Source of the DNA: Oculina patagonica
Lineage: Eukaryota
Direction: 5' to 3'
NCBI RefSeq assembly: GCF_052425735.1
Contig: NC_135766.1
Span: forward strand, 26,598,001-26,662,000
DNA: 64,000 bases
Shown here: positions 12,401 through 24,400 of the stretch, piece after piece
Position numbering within the stretch: the first letter of the stretch is position 1
How the letters are laid out: the number at the start of each line of letters is the position of its first letter
Program-made: the position numbers and the translations under genes
Notes under the pieces: generated by a model
Databases searched by the model: none
Told to the model about the DNA's origin: nothing
What the model saw: the letters and a program-made list of their open reading frames with translations, nothing else

Positions 12401-15400
12401 CTTCTTACATTATCGATAGGGAGAAAACAGAAAACTATCAACTAGGAAACATTGTCTTGATTTACCACCAAATTCTATAAACTAAGAAAAGTAAATAATT
12501 ATGTAGAAATCTGTACGGAGAATTGCTATTTGGAACAGCGGGTGATAAAACATTCTGATTGGTGGTTTTTAGTAAAGGCCCTCTCAGCTGTCTCAATCAT
12601 GTAATAACAGGGGTTCAGTGTATGATTATTTCTGACAATGTGTTAAAAAGTATTAATCAAACTTAGAATTTGTTATTATAATTAAAGTTAGATTGTTCAC
12701 AGTCCTTTATTTTTCTGTGAAGCCAAAGAGGTCAATCATTGAGTTCAAGGGACCGCCATTCTAGTTTCTGAAGGTGAGCAAAAACAGGAAGAGTAAAAAA
12801 TGCCCATGGGTAGGGGCGCAGGGGCGTAAAAAAATTCCACTTCCTCGCCTCCACGCTGTTAAAACACAGTGCCCCTACCCATGGGCATTTTTTACTCTCC
12901 CCAGTTTTCGCTTGCCTTCAGAAACCAAGATGGCCGTCCCTCAAACTCGACAATCAACCTCTACAAATTCACCGCAAAATAGGGAACTGTGAACAGTCTA
13001 ATTACCGTAAAGTTCTGTGTATAAGCCGCACCCGTAGATAAGCCGCACCCCCGATTTGGAAGCTCAAATTTTGGAAAAAAAAATATACAGACCATTAAGT
13101 TTGAAGTTCAAGTGAAGTTGTATTGGTAAACAAACAAGGGCAAACAAGCACGGTTTCGAAACACTGACACGGCGGTTGTTGCAATGTTTAATATAAATTA
13201 AGTCTTACGAAAGCTAAATTTCACTTGTCATACCTCCTTTTTAGTTTGAGTTCACAATATCTTAAACTTGGATGCTCTCTTGATATCATTTTTTCGAGAT
13301 TATCACTTCTAAACACTCCTGAAACACTTGTAATTCGTTGGAATCGTTCGCGAATGACGAATGCTTAGTAGCCAAGCTCTGAATTGTAGAGAGGAGTCTG
13401 GGCATTAAAAACAAACAGGGCGGCATTTTCTTCGGAAGAAACCACGTTTTTATTTCAAGATTCTTAGAAACTGCTACCCGCAACAGGATAAAAACTTCAT
13501 GCAGAATAAGAGTTTGTTAATCCAGCAGATGTATTTACTGTGAAGGTCAATAAAAAACCGAAGCGGTCGGCCATTTGCCTTGTGAGTATTTGCGTTTATC
13601 TTGGTGCGTTCTCGCACGCGGCGGAAAGACATGATTCGAAGTCACTGGCAGGCTTCACTGCAAACAGCTTTGCAGAGGAACTAAAAGGTAGTGAACAACA
13701 ACAAAGTTTTCAGGTTGTTATATATTTATTCAATTACGTCTTGAGAAGTTTTTATGAATATTAATTAGGCCTTTGAGAACTCCAACCAGAGATGTTTCCG
13801 TAGATAAGCCGCACCCCCGATTTTTGACTTGAATTTAGAGGGAAAAGGTGCGGCTTATACACGGAACTTTACGGTAAACTGAATATTAAATATATTCAAC
13901 TTCTCAAAAACTGCATATTAAAACAGACACAAACCAGGAACTTTTTGGGCATCTTCATCTTTTGACAAGAATCTATGTCTCAGAAATGGTCGTGTGCTGA
14001 CTTTTCTGTCTTCAGACTCCTTCTCTTTGCTTTCCCTGCTGCAACAAATAAAAAGTTTGTTAACAGAAAGAACTGATAACATTTTAATTTTTCAGATGGT
14101 GTCATGGAAATGTCTATCAGAGCATGGCAAAATACTAGCATAAAGTCCTGTTTATGATAAAACAATGTTAACAATAATTATTGATAAGTGGAATGGTGAC
14201 GAAGACAGACCAACAAGTACTGGCTTTCATGTCCACCTTATAGAGGTGTCTGCCTTATAGGTAGTTAAGTTACAGTAAAATGACTGAAAAACGACAGGGA
14301 TGGGACCAACACCAGGTGTCTATCTTATAGAAGTGTCCATTAAGAGAGAGTTGAGTGAAGACTTCTTTTTTACAAAATGTACATTTTGTACATAAAGTTT
14401 TAGCCTTTTTGAGCAACTCTAAGGTGAAAAGTGACCAAATAACAATGAGAAAATCACACACAAAAGAACCATAAATTTTCCAGAAAGAATGTTCTTTAAG
14501 AACACATAAAATATCCAAGTTTCTGACTTATATGCCATTATCATTTTGTTCATCACCTCTTGAACAAATCCAACAAGCCAGTCTCCTAAATTCTTTCCTG
14601 GTGTACAAAATATTCTGTGTAGTTCTAACCAGCAACATACCTGGGACTGTCTGGGGTGGGGGTAGTACTGATCTGACTTGATGATGATGTAGACGACGTT
14701 GTGGTTGTAACTGATACAAATGAATCAGTTGACGTTGATGATGTTAGTGAGGATGAAGCTGAATTTGAGCTGCTTGATGATGATGTGGTTGATGAGCTGT
14801 CAGTAGGTTTATTTGTCCCCATGTGACCCTCTTTTTGTAAAATAGCTTTGATATCATTGCCTCCTGTGTCTCTAAGATCTACATACAGGTGATGGCCTGA
14901 AACACAACAAATAATTTAATATTATTTTATAAATGTAAATGCAGTGTAATTTATTTACCCACATAACACAGAAGAGCTCTCTCTCAGGGGCTCATTAGAA
15001 AGACATTAGTGTACATGCATCAAAGATTGAATTGGCATTTGGGAGTGTTGGTTTTTGTGGTGGGAGAAACACCCGAGAACCTTGAGAAGGACGACAAGAA
15101 TCATCAACAAACTACACCCACATGTGATCCTGGGTCCAGGATTAAACACAAGTCAAATCAGAATGAAACCATTTTTAAAAGAAAATGACTTTGTAGATCC
15201 TGCATGTTGCATTGCCTAAGTTGCTAAATTTGGATATTAATGGCTAAAATACCTTCAGCGCTGACAACACTCATTTGTAATGCTTCAGAAGCAGCACAGA
15301 GCTCCTTGAATCTCTCTGTTGAGGCAGTGCTCCACTTATCCTGTAAAAGTCAAGGTCATGTTGTAAAATATTGTTGTTGTTTAAATTTATTTTCAGTTTA

Positions 15401-18400
15401 AAATTTTTTAAACCAGTTTCATTTTTGCCTTCCACTGTTTCAGATTATGATAATGAATGTGAGACAAAGTAAAATAAAAATCAAACTGGAAAAAAATTAA
15501 ACCCAAGTTTATTTTTAAGCCATGTCGTACATACATGTAAACTCTTCAAAAATTAATCTCTGCTAATTTCTGCAGCATTATGGAGCTTGAAGTATTGCTA
15601 ATACCACTGTACATATGGACTGTTCCAAACAAACTCTTCCAAATAAAATCTCTCTATTTATATCTGCATTGTGAGGTCAGCTTCGAGCCAAAGTGGCGCA
15701 TACTGCCGGAGCTTATCCCGGTTTCCTTAGCATTAAGCAGCTAGGAGTATTTCTACTCCCCCCTGGATGGGATGCTAGTCCATCGCAGGGAACCCCCCAG
15801 CATTATATCGCCGGTACCCATTTATACACCTGGGTGGAGAGAAGCACTATGAGAGTAAAGTGTCTTGCCCAAGAACACAACACAGTGACCCCGGCCAGGG
15901 CTCGAACCCGGAACGCTCGCTCCGGAGTCCGGCGCACTAACCATAAGACCACCGCGCCTCCCAGCTTGGATTATTGCTAATACCCCTGTATGGGATGTTC
16001 ATCCCTAATAGGTTAGCCCTAGCAATTTCTCTGGTTGCCTCTGTTGAAAATTTGATTGTTGCCATGGGTGAGAAAGACACAATGAGAGTAAAGTGTTTCG
16101 GCCAAGAACATAAAGCAAGGAAAGGCTTGCACCCAAACCAAGCCGATCCAACCAGGTCTGGACAATGGGTGAACCATAAGGCCACCAAGTTGTCCAAAAG
16201 AGATTTTTAATTAATACTACATGTATGTTTAGTTTTTTACAATGTATGTGAACTACAAAACACTCCATTCTCACCCCTCCAGATGGCACTGCCCCATCCA
16301 GTGCACAGAGTACAGCCATCATAGGAAGCTCTGCATGTTCCTTCCTCAGCATTCGGAGCCGTGACACAGGCAGTGCTTCATGGTTGCCAAAGTCTACGTA
16401 AATCACTTGAGCTTGAGCAGTACCTTTTGTAGCACTTTCTGTGATTCTAGCCCGATACCAGCTTTCATCTTCAGTAAACTGAGCACAGCAAAACATTCCT
16501 TGTTTAACTGTGGGCAGGAAATCAGCTTTGTTGGATTGATCCTAAAAAACAAAACCACAATGGTTTCATTAGAACAGCAAGTAGTCAAGTGGATGTCAGA
16601 GCAGAACAGAACACCTCTTTTGTAATCAGGTGCATTCCAGTGTCAGGGCTGTGCTCAAGCAGAGCCCTGACACAGGCAACTTACTTTTGTCTTAGGGCGA
16701 CCTGCAGCTGTTTAACGTTTCTTTCATGAAAGCTTTTAAGAGCTGGGCACCCAAGATTTCTTACAGAAGAACCTTCAGGCACCCTGCAATTATTCTAAGA
16801 GCACAGCTTTGGGTGTTTGTGGAAAAATCCTTTATAAGTGATGTCAATGTGCTGCACATTACAAACCACAACAGATGCAGCACAGCACCGCCAACCATTG
16901 ACCCGTTTTCTATGTCCTTGCTGCAGGAACTCTGTGCAAAATGGACATAGTATTACTGCATTTAACTTTGCCTAATTACCCAACCAAACTTGAAGAAAAT
17001 CGTTCACCAATCATTTTTATGCCAAACCTAAAAATGTGACCATCCCCTCCCAAAATCTGTGAAATGCCTCCAAATTAATTGTTTCCAAAAAAAAGCAATA
17101 TGTACAGTCATCTATATATAAAAAAAAATATCTCACCTGATAAAATTCATTTAGTTTAGTACTTAAGACATCAATTGCATCCCAGTTGTGCTTGTAGTGA
17201 ATAAAGAAGTGAGCTGGACTGTCAACATGTGATACTGAAACTTCTGTTTGAGTACTGAAACAAACAAACAAAATGATTACCTAAACCACTGTGGAATCCT
17301 GTGTACCTTTGGTACATTTAAATAATTTCTTTGTTTTATATTCAACAGCATGTGTTATACACCAGAACAAATGAAAAACCAAACTGTACAGAGGGTAAAC
17401 TTGAACCATAACATACACTTACCCTTTTGCTGGCAAGTTTTGTGGCCGTAATGTATAAAGTTCAACAGGCCTAGGAGATTCTGGATAAACAAGAACGTAT
17501 TATGAATAAGTTTGTTAAGGATGTTAAAATTATAGTTATGGACAGATAACCAGAACACTCCTTAAGACAAACAAATTAATCAAAAAATATATTTCTCTCA
17601 CTTCTACAATAACTAAAAGTGGTAGCCAAAATTTCCTTGTGGGCAAGCTAGAGCGGTTTTCACTTGAGTGTCGAAAGTAAATTGCGTTTGCTTTGATTTT
17701 GCTTTACTTCGCTTAGTGATTGGTTTAAAAATCTCGCGCCACTTTCTCAGCCAATCAGAAGTAAAACCAAAACCAATCGTGACTCGCTCGCGCACGTTTT
17801 CCCACGCTTCGTGCCGGCTACATGTATTTGCTTCGAGTTTTGATTGGTTCACTGGATTGTCTGTGTCCTTTGTGATTGGCCGGAGTAATTACTTTGGTTT
17901 TGGTTTTACGACACTCAATTGAAAACTGCTCTATCATTACAGCTAATAAAACATTAATAATATGCTTTCCCAATGGGTTGTTACAGAAAATATCCATGCC
18001 TCCCCAACAGAAGGTTTTGGAGTTTGAACCCCGTTCAACCCCCTCGCCCCCTAGAAATTCCAGTTTAGCTTCACAGTTTCTTTTAAAATTTTGGCTTTTG
18101 TGATCCCTATCCCCTCAGAATTTCTAAATATGACCTTTTGTGGGGTGGGTGGGTATGGATACTTTCTGGAACCACACAATAGACAAGAGCAGTTTTCAAT
18201 TGAGTGTCGTAAAACCAAAACCAAACTAATTACTCCGGCCAATCACAAAGGACACAGACAATCCAGTGAACCAATCAAAACTCGAAGCAAATACATGTAG
18301 CCGGCACGAAGCGTGGGAAAACGTACGCGAGTGAGTCACGATTGGTTTTGGTTTTAGTTCTGATTGGCTGAGAAAGTGGCGCAAGATTTTTAAACCAATC

Positions 18401-21400
18401 ACTAAGGGTAGTAATGCAAAACCAAAGCAAACACAATTTTCTTTCGACACTCAAGTGAAAACCGCTCTACTACAATGAACCAATCAAAATTTCAGGCATA
18501 AAAAATCATAACAGCTTTCTAACTGATGGTCTGAGATAATTATATGACAAGCACTGTATGCTAAATGCATACTCCACTAATGCAAAGATTTGTTGTAATT
18601 ATACTTTTACATATTCAACATATTTATTTAACACTGTTTTATTCCTTATTTTTACCTCCATTTGCTTGATGAGCTTGTGTGTCAGGTGGCTTCTCTTCCT
18701 GACAATAGAGAATAAAACTTGAATGAAATTGAGTTGAATCTTGACACTTCCACTTAGACTACATGTACATGTAACGTTGTTGACACTTTTGACTTCCCAG
18801 GTTTTCCATGACCCATACAAACCCTGTACTATCAAGATAACTAAGCCCATTTCCTGAAATATTCAGTATGGCACATAATTCTAGTTTAAAACGTTAACAT
18901 ACCGCAGGTTTGGGTGGATAAACTATGGTGTTACCTCCTGCAAACCTGGAAGATAAAAATTAAGGAGCTTAGAAAACTATTACATTTTTAATAATAAATA
19001 TGTTATTCTGTCAGAAACCCAGAATTTCACTGGCTTTTAGAATATATAGAAATATTATTTGATTTTGATTTGACACCAAATGCCAAGCCATAACTAAAAC
19101 AAATTCTTCACACTCAAACTTTATGGACACAATAAATTATACAGTGAAATACACCATTTTTGAGTTTCCGTTCACTTCTGTTTCAAAACGAGTCCTTGTG
19201 CAAAACTATTCAAATGAATAAGTTAGAGGTGCATGGAACTAAACATGCAGGTACAAGGCTGTGCTCTAGAGGTGCCTCAGGCAACTAACATTTGGTCTCG
19301 GGCGACCGAAAAATAAAACTGATCGCCCGGCCGGGCGTCCGGCCCTCTTGTTCGCCGTTCTACACTGTCGTATAGCAGAAGATTGACTGTAAAATTATGC
19401 TTTTGGCTGATTGATAATGTTATTTGCTGGAAAATAGCCTTCCGCACATTACGGAGTCAAATGTTTACGCTTGCCGGCACTGTCAAGTTTGTTCCACATG
19501 ATTTACAGTCGTTCCCGTAAAACCGTGAACACCAGAGAAAAGTTCTGGAATGTTTATTGTTTCGCGACCAATCAGATGCGAGATGAAACCGCAAAAGATA
19601 ACCGCCAAACCGCAGCATGGATTAGTCACGACTTGACACGGAACAACAATCTGGCTTTTTCTTCCAGGACAAACCTTCAATTTTACCGTTTTTCAAATAC
19701 TGAAATTGTTCTTTTTCTATTTAAGCTTATGTATGAGCAAAGAATAGATATGAACGATATTTTTCGGAAAAGCGATGTTGAATCGAGCAGACAGGATCAG
19801 ACACAGGTAGACAGGACGTCTGAGAGCAGAAAAATTGTACTCTCCTCTCAATTTTTATTTCGGTGTCTACAGTATTGTGAATTATACGGGTAAGTATTTC
19901 TGGGTTTTAGCTTTGTAAAAAAAAGCTTTACATCGCCTTACATGTACTTCGGTTCCGGAAAACGAGACATAACACCTGGCATATTATGAGAATTCTCCGG
20001 CTCAAGATGTCACGCAAACCGTTAGCCTATAAAAATTTGGTGCTGCACAGCGATTCTCAAATTCCACGAGCTAATTTCCTCGGTTCGCAGCGTTTATACC
20101 CTTTGGAAATATCGAAAATTTTATTATTTTTTTTATTTCAGTGAGCTGCTGTCTAAGCAAAGAGTCACCGTGTCTTCACAACTGAACAATGTTCCAGTTT
20201 GGGTTGACGCGAATCGCCTGTGAAGTACTCTTTGCTGTTTGCATAAACATCCTCATTCATTCATCCTCATGGTTCTCTGTGAAAAATTGCTATTTTTTTT
20301 ACTATAAACCAACACCAGTTACTTGATTCTGTCGGCTCAAAAACCAAACTACCGATTAGACCAAAAAGCGAGTGTAAATTGTCAAAATTTACAACGATAC
20401 AAGTTTGCCTCATTTGACGGGTGCGGGTTTCTCAGCTACAAAAAATTACGGATCGAAAACCACCAATCACAGCCCACTAGCATGACCTTTTGAACTGCAC
20501 GAGAAACAAACAACGGTCAGCATCGCTTGTGATTGGATCATTTTTTTGCTCTCAGACGTGCTGTCCAGCTGTGTCTGATCCTGTCTGCTCGATGAATCGT
20601 TTTTCCGTATTAAATATATCGTTCATATCTATTATTTGCTGATACATAAGCTTAAATAGAAAAAGAACAATTTCAGTATTTGAAAAACGGTAAAATTGAA
20701 GATTTGTCCTGAAAGAAAAAGCCAGCTTGTTGTTTCGTGTCAAGTCGTGACTAATCCATGCTGGGGTTTGGCGGTTATCTTTTGCGGTTTCATCTCGCAT
20801 CTGATTGGTCGCGAAACAATAAACATTCCAGAACTTTTCTCTGGTGTTCACGGTTTTACGGGAACGACTGTAATACCAGCTTGACTTTGTACATGACAAA
20901 CTGCACGAACATTAAAAAAATATGCGTTGAAATCTTGAGTTTTTTCCTTGAGATGATTTAGTTTTCATTTATTTTGGTATATCAATAGTTTTCGTTTGTG
21001 CAGTGTGTTGGTGTTAACGTAAAATGAAATTCTTCGTATATGCAAATTTCTGCCTCTTCTGCTTCGTCTTCAGATGTTTACATAGGAATAGTGACGACTT
21101 GTTGCTCTCTAAATCTTGATAAAATGTAATTGTCATTTAGCTTAAATCGAATTTATTTGTTTTTAGACTCATTGTGGTACTCTCAAACGAAAATTCTTAA
21201 CGAAATCGTCCTTGCGCTGCGCGCTCGGCCAATTTTGAAATTACTCGCCCAATTACTCCCTGAATTGTACTCCATTCAGTTCAATTACTATTACTTATTG
21301 ACTAGAAGTCAAGGAAATTACTTACTCTTCACATCTTGCTATATCAGGCAGAGTTTTGAGTCTCTCCAGCTGGTCATTGGCCAGTTCATCACCATACATC

Positions 21401-24400
21401 TTCTTATACTCTGCACCTATTCTTTTTAACCACAGTCCTTTTGGCTTTTCTTCTAACAACTGGTTACACAAAAAAAAAAACAGGCATTGTTAGTAAAATG
21501 CACTTTCACGCCCTATTCTCCCAGAGGAGAAATAAAGGATTCAGATGATGAAGTTAAACTCATCGACAATAGATGAGTTTTGGGAGCTAGTGCCTTAAGG
21601 ATTGGTGGTGCTGGGCAACAACTAGTACAGAATAAACGTCACGCAAACGCATGCAGAGGCGATGGGGTTTGCTAAGGGGGTCTTAAAAATTTTTCAGGAA
21701 TTTTGTCAAAAAATTAATGTAAACAAAAGTAGCTGACAACTTCGTTGAACGATTCTTCAACAAAGATTCCTCAACAAATGTTGCGTTACCTTGTAGCATG
21801 ACAGCCAATAAACGATATACAATACTTTTTGAGAGCGACATGCAAGGTCAAGGGCTGTTTCATAATTATTTACACAGACCAAAACACAGACCCATTGTAT
21901 TAATAAAAGTAGAGACTTTGTGATCATGTCTGTCGACTGAATTCAATAGAACTCCTCAAATATGTAATTTGTCTTTTTTGTTTATACTTTGCATCAGGCC
22001 TTTATAACTTTCCAAAAGTTCTTTGCTTCCTGTTTTTCGTCTTAATTTGATCTCCGTCGCACGTAACATTTATCCCTATAGTGCCTTCTTAGTCCCATTC
22101 AGTTCTCTAATGATCGGTCGATCGCAACAGAAAGTGGTACAAATTCCTCCCACTGCCTCTGACATTAAGGCTTGACTGACATCATCGCCTAAAAAGGAGG
22201 TAACTATGGCAACCCTGCGAGTGGTCACCACCTGGGAACATCACACTGAATGACTCAGTGAAATACTTACATGTACCAATCAATACTAACCTTACCCATC
22301 CGCACCAAAGGGATAGTGGAGTGGACAAAAAGGCTTCAGAATGCGCTGCAAGCAAGCTAAGTGCAGTGAAATATCAAAGCGAATTGTGCAAGCAAGCAAA
22401 GGCAGCAAGGTGGCAAGGCGCCCAACTGCCTTTGTTTATGACAAACATTTAAGTGCAGTACTTTTTATGACATATCTTTTTAATTTACAATACAACAAGA
22501 TAATTTGCCAAACTTTGAACAAAGTTAAAGGCCTCATTACCTTCTTTATTCTGGAATATATTTTTATGTCTGAAAAAAGAAAACAATTCAATATGTAAGA
22601 AACCATTAAAATGAACCAATGCACAGATGAACAAACAGACAAAATAATGACAGCACGAACAAATGAATGAATAACGAAATATATAGTCATCTGGGATGCA
22701 CTTGTAAAGATGTTCTGTCCTACCTTCCCCACTTAGAGGATTGCCTTTGGGTGCTATTTTGTCTTTTGGTGCTGAAGAATTTGACAAATAGACTACACGT
22801 TCATCAGATCCCTCTTTGTTGTCATAATCACACATAAGTGTCACTTCCATATCCTGCCAGTTGGGTCCACTTCCTAAAATCAAACCAGTGCACTTACATT
22901 TACATAACAAAGTTATTTGTTTTTATTCAGAATAATAATAATAATAATAATAAAAATAAATAATAATAATTGAATGTTTATCCAGGATAGCCCTTCAGTA
23001 CATGCGTACTGTTATCAACGGGGTCCTGCTGATTAAAAATTAAAAATTACTAATAAAAATTACTAATTATATAATATACAATGAAAATTGTGTAAAAAGC
23101 GGATCATGCACTAAGTTAAAAACCTTAAAAAAAAACTACAATAAAATATTACAAGTAAAAATCGTCCATTGCTTTCCTAAATAAAAGTCTAGAATTAATG
23201 TTTCTTAAATTCAAAGGTAAAGAATTTGAAGCTGTTTTGCTGCATCAGCAAGCAAGTGAACAATTAGTTGTTTATCAACTGCAAGTTTATAAAGGTAATA
23301 TATAAACTGCCATAGTAAATTTAAAAAAAAGTTTGTATTTTGAGAATAAGACCTTCATTGGAGTATTACATTATTTAAGACTGTATGTCATAACTTAACT
23401 CATCAGATAATTCATTGTGGTAAAGTTGATTTTTATTCTGACTTATCCCTGTGACTACCGGACAATACTACTCCCTTATTTGGCCAAAAACAGGACATGG
23501 TATCAAACAGATAACACTTTAGAGTCTTTCAACTTGAAAGAGGTATACAATTTCATAACTTAGCATATTAAACAGGGAATCTGTCTGGTTCGGCGGGTTT
23601 CAAGGTTGGAAAATGCTATTCTGACAACAAAACCAGAAAGCTACACTATAGATAGCGTTATCCATCCTCTGAACAAGGGACTGGGGTTTATAAGAAGTTC
23701 AGTAAACAAGCATTCAAAACTTGTTATGTACCTGGGCTTCTTGGTTTCTTTTTCCAACTTTTCTTTGCAGCAGATGCATCTAAAATGTAACAAGCAGAAA
23801 GCAAAGCTGCATTGTAAGTGGTTATTCCTTACATCAAAATCCTAAATAAATGATACATGCACTATGGGTGTTGGAATCTGTCCTTCCTTATAGTTCACCA
23901 CTAAATTTTCTATGATTCTGATTGGTTTATATTGATCATGTGACACAATAGTGTTCATCCACAGAGAGATACTATCTATTTCCCTTGGAAATTTGATGTT
24001 CTTAAAACTAGCATATAAGCCCATAAAGCTTTCCTTGTTGGGCTAATATTTGTTTTAAGAACATCAATTTCTATGGGGCAACTATCAGTCGATAGTTCCT
24101 CAAAAGAAACACTCTATTGTTAAAATAGAGACAGGGGAGGGCCTTTGGAAAGTTTTGTTGTCCCATTTGTGGTGGTTTTTGTTTTGTCAAAACGCTTAAT
24201 TTGTGACACACCCCCTGGCAGGGGTTCATGTCTTTTTGCACTTGAATCAGGATTCTCCTCGGTCAGTTGTGCTTTCTCCTCACTAGTTTTACTCTCCCTA
24301 CCCTCTGTGGGTTTAATTTTATAGCCTGTAGTTTAAATAAATAATATTGTTCTTTTGCCCCAAACTTGTTGCATTGCTTTTGTGTCTACTAATTCTTGAG

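Noticed and set aside
19471-20899. Two similar 115-140-aa ORFs on opposite strands
   Set aside because: Translations of the long TIRs of a non-autonomous transposon; no protein motifs.
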